From: Eledone cirrhosa
Taxonomy: Eukaryota
DNA: 64,000 nt
Direction: 5' to 3'
NCBI GenBank assembly: GCA_964016885.1
Contig: OZ024743.1
Coordinates: forward strand, 9,858,001-9,922,000
In this document: positions 38,187 through 51,151 of the stretch, piece by piece
How positions within the stretch are numbered: position 1 is the stretch's first letter
How the letters are laid out: every line of letters begins with the position of its first letter
The notes under the pieces: generated by a model
Told to the model about the DNA's origin: nothing
The model's input: only the letters and a program-made list of their open reading frames with translations
Database searches by the model: none
Made by a program: the position numbers and the translations under genes

Positions 38187-40684
38187 AACAGAAGAAAAGA
38201 TGTTTTAACTAGAGTGGATAACTATGTGAACATAGTATTCTTCTAACATAAGTCGTATGCTTAAAGATACACTTTGAGTTAATTTATTAATTCCTTTGCA
38301 AATAACGTCTTCAATCATACATAATAATAAAGGGTTCTAAATTAAACACAAGGCCAGCAAGGTGGGGGGGGGGTTCAATTGTAAAGACTGCAGTACTCCA
38401 AAGGGGTGAAAGACTAAGTTGGCGTCGATGAAGATTTGAACTAAAAACATAAACCACAGCAAATATCGTAAAGCATTTTCGCCATTTACAATCAAATTGG
38501 AAAGGGAAGAGGAATTAAATAAAGCGGATCTCTCTCTCTCTCTCTTAGTTCCCTCCTCTTTCATTCCCCTTTCGCTCTCTCATTCTTCATTCTGTCTCTT
38601 CCGACATAAATCAGTAACAACTCGTTCACGCACTCGCTGACAAGCAAACCTAATTTCAATCAATGTTTATCAGTAAACTCTTATGATTACAGCTTTCATT
38701 GTGACCAAGTATGTGTGAATGGGAATTAAATGGCGTTGAAATATCGCTTTTGCTGTTTATATTGTAAAATGCGAAATACGATAAAACCGAAACATGTATA
38801 TTCCGATAAAGGAAAAACAACAAAATAGTAGATAATTATTGCTACTCAGGAAGTCTATTACTACAAGAATAAATATGGTTAAATATATTATATTATATTT
38901 TCCATTCAGTTGAGGCTGCTTTCTGTTATTGTTTAACTATACGTATTTTAGACGAACATATATAAAGTATTTACTATTCAACGAGGTAACATGTGTCTCA
39001 ATTATCTTACACCTGATAACTTATTCCAGTAACAGAATATAGCCATGTTACTTTCTACCCCTCTTCTGCTCATGCTGTTTCCACCGTCCTTCACTTTTAG
39101 TTCATATAGTTAACGGAAACTTCTTTCCAGCGTGTCTAAATATGATTATATTTACATATATCGAATTCACCTACGTAAATAAGAGCACATAATACAGAAT
39201 TATAGCGAAACAGGTTTTATGTAGACACTTAACCTACAAATGACTCTCCAAAAGTTTAAAAAATAGAAAGCCACATGTTTGATGAGATAAACCTTTAGAC
39301 AAGAACTACAAGAGATATGTGATACACAGCAAGTAATTCTCATATAATGCCTCATTAGATTATTCCTATTATGCTGTAAAATCAGTTGAACAGAGTTTGT
39401 TTGCCATTATCTAATGAGAAAATATATAAGAAAGCCATATAAAATTAAATTTGCTATTACAAATATATAACTAAACATTGTAAGCACCTAAATATATAAA
39501 TGATTAAAGTGTGATGTAAAGATATTTTAGTGAGTAATACTTGTAGGAATTGCAACCTCGGAAGTTTTTCAATATAAGACTACGATTACAAACAAAGGAC
39601 TCTTCTTACATTATCAAAACTTTGAGGGATTTTGAGGATTATGTCACCCGGATAAAGCCAGATTATACAGGTATTCGGGTGAGCAATATCATAGGACTTT
39701 ATTTTATCTCCAAGAAGTAGAAACATCGCTGACATAACGCCAAGTTTCATAAGTAATGATTCATCTGTTTGAATCAAGCCTGAGTTACTTCATCTGTATA
39801 TTGGCATGAGTGTTTCTCGTAATATAAATGACGTCATTAGCTGCATCTATCTCAACTAGATCTCCCAGCCAACAAATGATGATTATCAGTAGCAAGTCGC
39901 TGAACTGTGCTTTAATATCACTGTAAAAATATGTCAAATGCTTAGTGTATATTAGAACTATTACCATCAATTAGTTCAGTATCAATGAAGGATAGGGTCG
40001 AAAATTCCACCATGTTAACCCTGTCAAGAATGCAATAACATTTTTCAGCAAATTTAGCATTTTAACTATATATGAGAGGTAAAATATGTAACACATGGCG
40101 GCACCCAGCTGTTCACTAAGCAGCATACTATTCGGAAGTTACGCAATATTATGATAGAGTGCCACAAAGCGATGAAGATAATTACTTTCTGATATACACC
40201 ATGCAGTAATAAATAAGAATAGGCTTTCAAACTGTCATATGTGACACACATTTCTCCTAAAAGACGATCTTCAATTACATTTAATTTGATAAATTTGAGA
40301 GTTGACAATGTGGTTATTGTTGTTGTTTTTATGGTGGTAGTGGTAATAGTGGAGTGATATAAAATGTAGAATGGTATGCATGGTAGAGGAACGGTGAAGT
40401 GGTACACGATATAGAGAAAAAGGGAATTTGGTGGAAATAGTACATGATGTAGAAAATCAGTGATGTCGATAGATGTGATACATATTTTAGAAAAATAAAT
40501 GGCGATGTTGAAATGATACGCCATGTATTGAAAATATGGATATAGTAGAGTGGTGCAAATGGCAAAGAAACATATCTCCCTTTTGCCTCTAACCTCTCCA
40601 GGTACAATACACTAAATATGAAGCATACACTTGACAAATGTATTGTGTTATACTCTTCCTTACGGTACTGTACTCAATGGGATA

Positions 40685-40875
40685 TGGATTGGCAGTATCG
40701 GTAGAGGGTTGGACGCCATGCTTTGCAGGATAGAGTTACGGCCCTTTATGATCTGAGTTAAAATCCCGCCGAGATTAACTTTGTCTTTCATCCTTACGGG
40801 GTCGATAAAATAGAGTACCAGTAATACACTGGTTAATTGCTGGCCTTGTGCCAAAAGTAGAAACAATTATTATTT
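40685..40875 (+). mobile_element. Main-family SINE
   Basis: Near-identical to 19308-19523. Confidence 0.92.
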
Positions 40876-41394
40876 AGACATGCGGAGGTAAAAAATAAAT
40901 AAATCGTATTATCTCCATGACAATCAATTCTACAACTCAAATTTCCTGAGGATCCTTTGTGTTTATATTGTTATAATGGACTCTGTTTTTCAGGAAAGCG
41001 CATTACTGAGTACATGACAAGCAGCAGACACTCATGATACGTTTATATAAACACTTGAAATTGATTTTGAGAGTCTTGTTGTACCATCACTGTCATGATA
41101 AAATACACCGATCAAATCATGCATATATGTTAACTTTATGTTCAGTTAGCAGGAACCTGCGTTGTTTAAGTGAAAAATTGTGACTGAAGCAATCATTCTG
41201 AAGACATGCATGCATTAGTTTTTATATCACGTTCGGAAGATGAAAACATAGAAATGTAAAGATGAATCTCAAAAGGAGCATTCACATCAATAGGTGAGTG
41301 CAGAGAGAAAATGCATAATTATATTTGCTTTAGCTTCAGAATAATAGTTTCCATCATGCCAAAATTTGTGTGTTGGTATCTTCATATACAGGCA

Positions 41395-41550
41395 GCGAAT
41401 TGGCAGAGTTGATAGAATGTCGGTTAAAATGCATTGCAGTATATATTCCAACTGTGAGTACTGAGTTCCAATTCGATCAAGATCAATTTTACGTTTCAAC
41501 ATTTCCAGGTCGACAAAACAATTACCAGTCCTGTACTGGGGTCAATTCTT
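41395..41550 (+). mobile_element. Older diverged SINE copy
   Basis: gaattggcaga...ctgagttccaattc...gtcgacaaaacaattaccagt. Confidence 0.6.
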
Positions 41551-41747
41551 CCTTTATATCTGTCTCACTTCCTTACCATCACTTTCTCTTTCACTGGAAG
41601 AAATCAACTGTGTTTAGACGTGGAGAAATGGGCTTGGTGAGGTTTAAGAAATGACTAAGAAGATCTGTATGTCACTATGGCACTCCTGCGACTCTACCAA
41701 GAGTTATGGTTACATTCATATATACATCTTCATATTATATGTGTATG

Positions 41748-41867
41748 TCTGAGTTCAAGTCCCGCCGAGGTTAACTTTGCCTTTCATCCTTACGGGGTCG
41801 ATAAAATAAAGTACCAGTAATACACTGGGATAATTGCTGGTCTTGTGCCAAAAGTAGAAACAATTAT
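41748..41867 (+). mobile_element. 5'-truncated main-family SINE
   Basis: Starts at tctgagttcaa. Confidence 0.9.
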
Positions 41868-41958
41868 GTGTATATGTGTTTGTATTTCTGTGTGAGTCAG
41901 TATGAATATATGTGAAAATGACAGTGGGTGTTTGCGAGTATATTTGCTGTGTGTGTGA

Positions 41959-41961
<3 letters not shown>

Positions 41962-42049
<88 letters not shown>
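41962..42049. repeat. (GA)n microsatellite
   Basis: Direct reading. Confidence 0.98.
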
Positions 42050-42054
<5 letters not shown>

Positions 42055-43846
42055 TGTATTATTCCATAAGCTATTATTAAATAGTTAAATAAATAAAGAG
42101 TTGTATGTTGTATATTTATTTATATTGAATGTTTTATATAATCATATAACTGTAGCTTACTTACACAGAATATTGGCGTTGGGGTTGATAAATTAAATTA
42201 CTTTATTATGAAACCACTTTGATACCTGAATAGTAATAAAATATTATGCGTTAGCAACTCCTGTGGTAAAGACAATTTGAAGTTCTGTGTTACATTCATA
42301 AGCTAGGTGAATTGCTAAACGAAGATACGATTGACCCTGGAAGTCTGTAGACAATAGAATCTATATATCTAATATGAAGATAGATTCAGTATCTTATACA
42401 ATATAGAAATTTTAATATCCTCTAAGTAAGATTACAGCCGGGATTCTAAATTAGTAAAGTATTATCGAAACTCAAAAGAAATTGCCACCATTATTATATT
42501 TCATAAAACATTCTCTTCATAACACTGAATTTTATGAGTTTGATAATTTCAAACTTAACACTAAAAGTGTATTGGTTTCTGACAGTCTGGTGTTCTCTAT
42601 TATGTCCTCAATCTGGCTACGAGAGTTATATTATATAATAGCCAAATGTTATTGGCATTACATATACCTTAAAATTGAATTTAATCGGACATTTTACGAA
42701 AACAAATTACTTAAACACCGCATTACAGGAATTCAATTTGTTAATATAACATTCTCATATAGATATAGATCACAAAGTGGTAGAGCGGTGAATTACTTAC
42801 GTTTTGATATTCTGTTTGTGTGACTTTGTCTGAGACTTTAAATCCTATGGGAATAACCATTAATTCTTTGTACTTGAACAAATACTTACCAGTAAATTTA
42901 TGCAATTAACATAGGCTTCTCGTCCCAGATATTTACCTAATTAAAAGACATTAACATGCTATCCTTATTACTTATTACTGGACGAAAATACCATGATAGT
43001 ATTAGTAAAAACAGTGTGTGCAAAGTAACATTTGAATGTTTACATACTAAAAAATATTATTCTGGCGAGTTGATAGAAACTAAAATAGAGACTGATTCTC
43101 TGAAACATTACAAAGAGGGTTTGCGAGAAAAAACAGCTGCAATTATTTCTTTAGCAGATTGCTTAGACTCTCTAATTTAACTATTACTGTCCCACATATC
43201 AATAACTCTATATATAACACTCTGTTTATTTTTCATTTCATTAAAAGCAATGTATAAACTGGACCAATTTAGAAAACTATTGGCAACATCTATAGAAAAC
43301 CTGTCTATGTTTCTCCCTTTATAAACCACATATATGTAACCTTTTAAAACGAGTATTGATTTTTTTAGTGTCTTAGCTACAAGGTAGTTTATTTTTATAT
43401 TATGTTTTATGTATAGTTTTCTATTTCCGGTTATAATTACTTCCTTTGATGTTGACCGGCATATTTACCAAACAGACACGCACTCTCACATAGAGAAAAA
43501 TATATATGCGTGTGTGTATGTGACAGTGTGTCTCTATGCTTGTTTATGTGTATACATTCATTTATAAACATGCATATACCGATGTATTGTGGACTAAAAC
43601 CTTCATTGGTGAAGTTGATGTCATTAGTATCCCCCAAACATAAAAAACACTGATTGATCTATAAATCCTCCATTCTTCCTTTCTTTGTGCATATATATAT
43701 GCAAACATGTAAACATATATATACATACATACATATATGTTTGAAGTTAGAAGGCCAGAACAATGCAGGTATGGATTTAGAATATAAATACAAATGCAAA
43801 AGATATCGCTGACAATTAGTCTTTTACGTTAAATTTATTTGAATAT

Positions 43847-43881
43847 CCTGATATTTCGAGATAATATCTCTTCTTCAGAGG
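43847..43881 (-). ncRNA. Intact minimal type I hammerhead in PLE pLTR
   Basis: Minus strand: cct CTGAAGA a gagat att atctc GAAA ta TC agg. Confidence 0.85.
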
Positions 43882-44698
43882 TAAGTAAAGAGGTTAATCC
43901 ATGCTGACAGGAAATAGTATAGAATTCCATTCTATTTCTAATGTCAAAGAGTGAAGGTTAGGTGGATAAAGAGTTGTCTCCCTTTAAAAGGGTTTGGACG
44001 TGTATGTCTAAGTGTGTGTATGTGTGTGTGAGAGAATACGTGAAGGTGTCAGCATGCGTGTGTGTGTGTATGTGTGTGCGTGTGTGTGTGTGAGTGTGAG
44101 AGGATATGTTTATATGTAAATGTGGGGGATAGATGCTCTATCATGTTAAAACTGGTCTATGTCTGTGTGTGTGTGTGAGAGAGAGAATAAGTAATGGTGT
44201 AAGCGTGCGTGTGTGTGTGCGTGTGTGTGTGAGCGTGAGAGGATACGTGGAGGTGTAAGTGTGGGGTTAGGTGCTCTATCATGTTAAAAATTGGGTGTTG
44301 AGTTTTAGTCTGTTATTGATTGGTGGTTGTGTTTTGTCTATAATAAGTGCTTCTTTAATTCTAAGATTGCCGAGGTTTCTTTCCTTAGCTTCTATCCTAA
44401 CTATTATGTTTTTGTCGGTGTTTTTGCATTTCACTAGGTGTTTCTTAAATGAGAAAGCGTTAGTGTTGAGGTGTTCTTTTATTCTAATGTGAAGTGGTCT
44501 GGTGGTGCTACCTACGTAGAAATTGCTGCATTTGTCGCACTCTAATCTGTATACGACGTAAGCCTTGTGGCATAGGTCTGTGTCGTCGATAGGGCAGTTG
44601 GCCAGCGTGCAGTGGCTGTCATGTCTGGCGGAGTGTCTCTTGGTTAGCTGTCCGTGCAGAGAAGGTCCTGAGTGGGCTAGCTGGATATCTAGTCCCTC

Positions 44699-45500
44699 TC
44701 ATCTGATAGCTCTGCGGATGGCTGTTGTTTCGTCACTGAAGTATGGGAGCTTCAGGAAGCAGGTGTTAGTGCCTCGTGTGTGGTGTCCTCTGTTGTTTCT
44801 GGCACGGTTCGCGGTGGACGTCGGGTATCCGTTCAGTTTAAGTACTTCCAGGAAATGTGTGGTGTGTGTGTATCGGTCTCTTGCGTCGGTGCATTTGTTT
44901 CGGATATGTGTTAATTGGTTCCTTATGTATCCGAACTTAGCACTGACTGCGAGGGCTGATCTGAAATGTACGAACAGGTCCCTGCTGGAGGCTTTTTTAT
45001 AGAAGCAGGTGTGGATGTCGCCTTCCTCTCTTACCCTGAGCTGGAAGTCCAATAGGGATAGGGATCCGCGGTCATCGGGTTGTTCCATGCTGAACTTTAT
45101 ATTGGCGTCTATTCTGGAGAATGTCATGTATATTTGATCCGCTTCTTCACGGGATGATGTTAGAATGAGTATGTCATCTACATATCGGGTGAAGAAGGTA
45201 TAGGGATGGCAGGTGTAGAGGGCTCGGCATTCCAGCTGGTTCATATAAGTGATGGCCAGCAGGCCCGATAGGCTGGATCCCATGGGTAATCCTGTTGTCT
45301 GTCTGTATCTGTGATGGTGGAAGGTGAAGTAGGTGTTGTCCACTGTGAAGGACAAAAGCTGATGTATGTCCGTCGGATGGAGGTCGTAGCAATGGACGTC
45401 TTCGGCGACCACGCAGTCCGTCAATAAATCGACAGCTGGATGAGCGGGGACTGTAGTGTAGAGGGAGACAACGTCGAGGCTAAAGGTGTATCTATTGAGT
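44699..45500 (-). pseudogene. PLE reverse transcriptase core
   Basis: 241-aa ORF with motifs B and C (YVDD); motif A lies just upstream in the same frame. Confidence 0.9.
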
Positions 45501-46133
45501 TTAAGTTGTTCTGGCTGGAGTTCGTATAGTCTACGTATGACCTCGTCGGAGCTACTGACATGCCCTGGAAAGGTGGAGAGTAGAGGCTTGAGGACCTGGG
45601 AGAGGAGCCAGGAGATTTTCTTCTATGCTAGAGACGATGGGTCTTATTTGTGTTTTAGTACTATTCTTGTGGGTCTTGATAATGTGATAGAAAGTGGGCA
45701 ATCTGTTATTTCTAGTGGTGTAATTGGGCTTAAATGTATTTGGGAGTTGTCTTCTACGACAGATATCGAACCAGATGGAGTTGGCCTGTTTTTTTATCTG
45801 GGCTGCAGTTATGTCCGGGACCTCTGTATACAGTTCGTTGTCGCTTAAGTGTTCAAAGGCTAGGTTGTCGTATGTGGCTTGAGAGATGACAGAAAACTCT
45901 TTACCTTTGTCGGATGGTAAGTATATGAGTTCCCTATTCCCCAGGTTCTTCAGGGCGAGTTGTTGCGTCCTGGAGAGGTTTTGGGCTATCTTCTTTTGTT
46001 ACCGTAAGATGTTAAATATGGAATATTTGAGCCATGAGAGTTTTTCTTCCAGCTCGCGGTTGGCAGGTGGTGGACAGAGTGGTATATCGGAAATCTGGTT
46101 GTGTTAGATTCCGTGGTGTTGTTGCCGAGGGTC

Positions 46134-46174
46134 TATATATATATATATATATATATAATTATATGCATACATTT

Positions 46175-46243
<69 letters not shown>

Positions 46244-46309
46244 ACACACCACACACCACACACCACACACACACACACCACACACACACATACACATACA
46301 CACACACAC

Positions 46310-46346
<37 letters not shown>

Positions 46347-46397
46347 GATACATGAATATATATGCATACATGAATACATATATGTATGTATGTATGT
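46134..46397. repeat. Compound (TA)n/(CA)n/(TATG)n microsatellite
   Basis: Direct reading. Confidence 0.96.
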
Positions 46398-47069
46398 TTT
46401 CTCTTTCTCTTAATTTCGAGTATATTTTTTTGACCGGCCACCTTCCTGGTGGCAAGGTTGTAAAAGAAAAGAAATTGTCATCCCTTGAATCGCAAGAATG
46501 TTTTGCAAATTTTGAAGGTGCCAGCTATCGCAGTCATTTGTAGACTATGAATTAGGGAGCTGCGCTTTTTGTCCGCAAATCCAAGTTCAGTCATACTTTG
46601 GTCCAAGCGGGTTGGTATATAACCTGTAGCACCAATAATGATGGGTATGAAGCTAAAGGTGTATCTTGGATACTGGATTTGTAAACTCCTCATCAATGGT
46701 CCGTAGATGTCCTCCTTCTCCTGTATTTTTCTGACAACTTTTACATCAAGTGGGCAGCTGATCTCCACAACAGAACACGTTTTCAATGTGTGGTCCCAAA
46801 CAACAATATCAGGCCGGCTGTGCTTTAATTTGGTGGCAGTTTTTATTTTCAGGTTCCACCAGTATTCCTTAGTGCCATCTGTCTCAATATATTCTTCCTC
46901 GTTTGTTGTTAATTTTGTTTTCCGAAGTGCGTTCCAGATGGTTCTAGCTATCCCATCGTGTCTCATGGGGAGGTAGTAGCGAGATGACATTCTTTCGCAG
47001 CTGGCAACAATGTGGCTTACATCCTCGATCTTTGTTTTACATTTATTGTCAGCTGCTGGCCCTCCTCTT
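46398..47069 (-). mobile_element. 5'-truncated R4/Dong-like LINE (restriction-like endonuclease), family B
   Basis: 170-aa ORF: RHDGIA, HSRPDIVVWD, VEISCP, KEDIY, PIIIGATG; (CATA)n on both sides. Confidence 0.9.
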
Positions 47070-47162
47070 GTATGTATGTATGTATGTATGTATGTATGTA
47101 TGTATGTATGTATGTATGTATGTATGTATGTATGTATGTATGTATGTATGTATGTATGTATG
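47070..47162. repeat. (TATG)n microsatellite
   Basis: Direct reading. Confidence 0.98.
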
Positions 47163-48525
47163 TTCTTCTGGTTTTATAATTTCACAAAGTTTTACCAATA
47201 GAGAGAGAGTCGGTTTCTAATATAGACACAAGACTCTCCCATTGGAATTTACACAACATTATCTTGGTAGATATGTATGTATGCATGCATGTGTAGATAT
47301 GGATGTTATTGTATGTGTGGATGTGTATGTTTTGAGTTGTATGTGTGCATGTGTATATGCTTTGTAGCTGTACATGTGTATATGCAGTTATTAGATGCAA
47401 AGTTTTTGGAATGTTTTACATATTTTTACTGTTCCATTAATGGATTGTACTTGTAATTTCCTAACTAGTTGTGTTCTTTCTGTTCCTGTGAAGCCTAGCT
47501 TCTCAAGATTTGTATTGAGGCAGTTACTAACATATCCCAGTGCCCCAATAATCACAGGCATAAATCTGAAGGTGTAATCAGGGTGGAGTATCTGCAGAAT
47601 TCTCATCAGTTCTGCATAAATATTCTCCTTTTCACTAATCTTTGATATTATATTGGCATCTGCTGGGCAGCTAATTTCCACTACTGTGCATGTTTTCTTC
47701 TCTCTGTCCCATATCATAATATCTGGTCTGTTATGCCTGCATTTTATTGGGGTTTTTACTGGAACATTCCACCAGTACTCTTTCATATTATGTACATGGA
47801 TGTCTTCCACATTGTTGTAGCTTTTAATGTGTTTATTATCGGGGCTATCTTTTTTCCGAACTGCATTGTACAGTGTTTTGGCCACTACATCATGCCTCAT
47901 ATGTAGATAGTACCGCGATGACACCTTTGGACAGCTGCTGATGACATGGGTGATATCCTCGATGTTAGTTCTGCAGAGTCTGCACCTGTTATCACATCTA
48001 GGTGTTTTGACTGCATCCCTATCTCTTTTGTGAATCAGGTATTTCGTGCTAATCTCCTGTTGCTGGATTGCAAAAGCGTATCCTTCAAAGTGGGAGCCAA
48101 TATAGCGGTTGTTGGTCCAAGATAGACTACTTTCCTTATCTATATTACTCTCACTCTGGAGCTTCCTGGCAACATATCCATAGATGATTTTTTGCTGATA
48201 GGCATGCAGCTTTTCATCCATGGATTCACTGCGATACTGCTGAGCGACATCCCTGGGTGTGAGTTTTTGATTATCACACAGGGAATATCTCTCAAGGAGT
48301 TCCTTCCCAACTCTCATGATCTTATCTGTTTCATGCAGATAGACTTGCTCGAGAAACGGGCTCCTACGCTTCGAGGTTCGTAGATGTTGTCGGAGAGATA
48401 TGATGCGACATTCAAATGTTGTCTGGACTGATGTTAGGCCTCTGCCACCCTGCTTACGTTTCAAGTAAAGGCGGTCTATGTCACTGTTGATGTGGAAGTT
48501 TCCGGTGTTGTTCAGTATTTTTCGA

Positions 48526-48526
<1 letters not shown>
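47163..48526 (-). mobile_element. 5'-truncated R4/Dong-like LINE (RT thumb, CCHC, RLE), family A, ORF uninterrupted
   Basis: 357-aa ORF: GGRGL, CRLCRTNIEDITHVISSC, RHD, HNRPDIMIWD, VEISCP, KENIY, PVIIGALG; (CATA)n on both sides. Confidence 0.93.
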
Positions 48527-48556
<30 letters not shown>

Positions 48557-48585
48557 TGTATGTATGTATGTATGTATGTATGTAT

Positions 48586-49274
48586 TATGTCAGGTCACCA
48601 GTTGGTGCTACTGGTAACATGTATCCCAGTACAACCTGTCTCATGGTCGGGTCGTTGGCGACTAAACTGGCAACCCCACCAAGGTTTCTTGGTGAGGAGG
48701 GTGACTTTGGACATCCTGCAGGACTAAAAACAAAACCTGTCAAAGGGCAAAGGAGCTCTTAAGAGTCAATGGCCATCCAAAATCACCGGGAGAGATGACC
48801 CCTTAGCCTTTGTCAAGGCAGAATTCTAGGAGAAGGTAAACTCTGCTATAACACCTGCAACCCTGATGGTATCCAATGATGTTGACTTGTTCTTCTTTTT
48901 GGTAAATATCATCTTGGTTAAGAGAGTGGGACTGGCTTTGTGCAGTGCCTTTGCTCACTATAAAAGCTTCACGGCACAGGCATTGCTTTATATCTGGAGA
49001 TTGCTCTGCACTTGTCATCACATGGTACCATGGGCCCAGCACTATGTGTCAATAATTGTCACAAGTGTAGTGTTTGTACCAGAGTTTTCAAGTCGCTGGC
49101 TTGACTAAAAAGTCACACTCGTTCAGCGCATCGGTAGGGGTTCTCCTACATGGATATAAAGTAGTGGCCGTACTCGAAAACGAGTTGGCAGCCACCATGT
49201 ATTATGTATGTATGTATGTATGTATGTATGTATGTATGTATGTATGTATGTATGTATGTATGTATGTATGTATG
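48586..49274 (+). mobile_element. Non-autonomous RTE-derived bipartite element (RTE 5' UTR + 3' end) with (TATG)n tail
   Basis: 5' end homologous to 6750-6900. 3' part encodes a C2H2 remnant (CSVCTRVFKSLA...LKSHTRSAH), then the RTE-type terminal ctcgaaaacgag stem-loop. Confidence 0.75.
48614..48670 (+). ncRNA. Candidate degenerate HDV-like ribozyme at RTE 5' end
   Basis: Order matches the HDV fold: aacatg (P1) - ccagt (P2) - acc - catggtc (P1') - GG - tcg ttgg cga (P4) - CTAA - actgg (P2'). P3 is not well formed. Confidence 0.4.
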
Positions 49275-49314
49275 AATATATGTATATATGCATGGGTGCA
49301 TGTGTATGTATATA

Positions 49315-49690
49315 CGCGGGAACATAGAGAGAGTCAGGCTGGACACTCGATCACGCGGTTAAACCACTGGGAGTAAAGGACCCCTAGCATTTGTCAGGGC
49401 ATTCTTCTAGGAGGAGGCAAACTCAGGAAACGGGGATAACTCCGATATAAAACCTGCGGCTCAGTACTTACCGATGATGTTGATTTTTTCTTCTTTTCGG
49501 GTTATAGCTACTGTTGCTCAGAGAGTGGGATTGGCTCAGTTTACAGTCTTTCCTCACTTAAAAAAATATCTTCACGCATAGGCATTGCACGATAGAATTA
49601 ATTAATAATTATTAATAATGGTATATTGTGCAATGGCCATACTCGATAACGAGGGGGCAGCCATCATGAATGTATGTATGCATGTATGTA
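49315..49690 (+). mobile_element. Second, related RTE-derived bipartite element (partial)
   Basis: gacccctagcatttgtcagggc...gatgttgattt..tcttctttt...gagagtggga and terminal tggccatactcgataacgagggggcagcc match 48797-49197. Confidence 0.75.
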
Positions 49691-50386
49691 TATAGGTATG
49701 TGTGTACGTATATTTTTGTAGTGGTTTATTCTGAAAATATTGCAGTTTGATTCTGTTGGTATTTCTCTCTAGAATTAAGTTTTTAATTTAAGTTGTGCAA
49801 CCCAATCTTCTGGTTATAAATATAAAATATGAATTCTGCAAATGTAGTTTTTGTTAATATGGAAGATACTTATATAATTATATCATAGGAGATATTTCTT
49901 CCTCTAAAGCACTTGGCAAAAAAAAAAAAATATATATATATATATGTGTGTGTGTGTGGTGTTGAGGCAGGGATGCGTGCACGTTCGCCAGCATTTGTTT
50001 GTCTGTATATATATATATATATATATAACTCTCATAACATTTACCTCCTTTTCGGTCAGTATGTATACTCCTCCTTCAACCCATATAATAGTTCCTCTGT
50101 ATTTCTTCTTTATTCTATTTCCCCCTCTCTATTTTTTGCTAAGTGTGACATCTGACACTGGAGCAACCAACCAATCAACCAACCAACACATTGGTATTTT
50201 ATATTAGAGATACATACGTGCGTGAATATTTAGTAAATTTAATCTATGATTTAGACATTTATTGGAAATTGTCTATAAGGAACTATAATTATATATCATA
50301 GAGTATACATAATTATCATTTGAGTTCTTAGCAGTTAACACAGAAACACACAAACACACACATAGACACAGACACACAGACACATG

Positions 50387-50388
<2 letters not shown>

Positions 50389-50476
<88 letters not shown>
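50389..50476. repeat. (TA)n microsatellite
   Basis: Direct reading. Confidence 0.98.
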
Positions 50477-50479
<3 letters not shown>

Positions 50480-50715
50480 CTGCTTTGTATCTTCAAGCAA
50501 TTTCAGTAAAACTTCAACAATTAGACAAGATGATTAAAAGAAGACATAACGTGAAACGACTCTGGAATTATACGCCTATACGAAAATAATTTCATTTTTT
50601 TAAAAGTCTATTCCATTATTTAATTTGGCTTCGTAGTAGATATTATGATGCCCATTAACTAATGTATCTTGGAAAGTAAGATCATTCACTTAGTCTACCA
50701 TTATGTATTAAATAT

Positions 50716-50901
50716 AGCGGTGGATTGGCAGTATCGGTAGAGGGTCGGACGCCATGCTTTGACGCATAGAGTTACGGTCCTTGCCATTCTGAGTTCAAAT
50801 CCCGCCGAGGTTAACTTTGCCTTTCATCCTTTCGGGGTCGATAAAATAAAGTACCAGTAATGCACTGGGTAATTGCTGGCCTTGTGCCAAATGTAGAAAC
50901 A
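50716..50901 (+). mobile_element. Full-length main-family SINE with 16-bp target-site duplication
   Basis: attatgtattaaatat at 50700-50715 and 50902-50917. Confidence 0.95.
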
Positions 50902-51151
50902 ATTATGTATTAAATATTATTCATCTACGCAATATCTGCAACAGTTGTGTGTATGGATCAAGTTCTGTATACTATGATTATACGTATATGAATGCGTGAA
51001 TATGTACGCACATGTGTGTTTTATCACACACATGCATACACAAATATGTACATGTATACACACTCACAAACACACTTACACACACACACATGTATATATA
51101 TGTATATATATATATATATATGTATATATATGTATATATATGTATATATAT

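Larger units (their letters stand above)
43745..46133 (-). mobile_element. Penelope-like element (RT + C-terminal GIY-YIG + pLTR), disrupted
   Basis: SLDVVSLYTTVP, QTTGLPMGSSLS, FTRYVDDI, LSLLDF, YVVYRLECDKCSNFYVGSTTRPLHIRIKEH, KEALII...PPIN; 5' end abuts (TA)n. Confidence 0.93.

Noticed and set aside
39586-39970. DLVEIDAANDVI...HANIQMK resembling an RTE RT motif C region
   Set aside because: Single weak motif; probably an old LINE fragment but not supportable.
49115-49198. Minus-strand GGTGGCT/GGCCACT pairing resembling an HDV P1 with a G-U wobble
   Set aside because: Better explained as the reverse complement of the RTE 3' terminal stem-loop; there is no P3, P1.1 or catalytic joiner.
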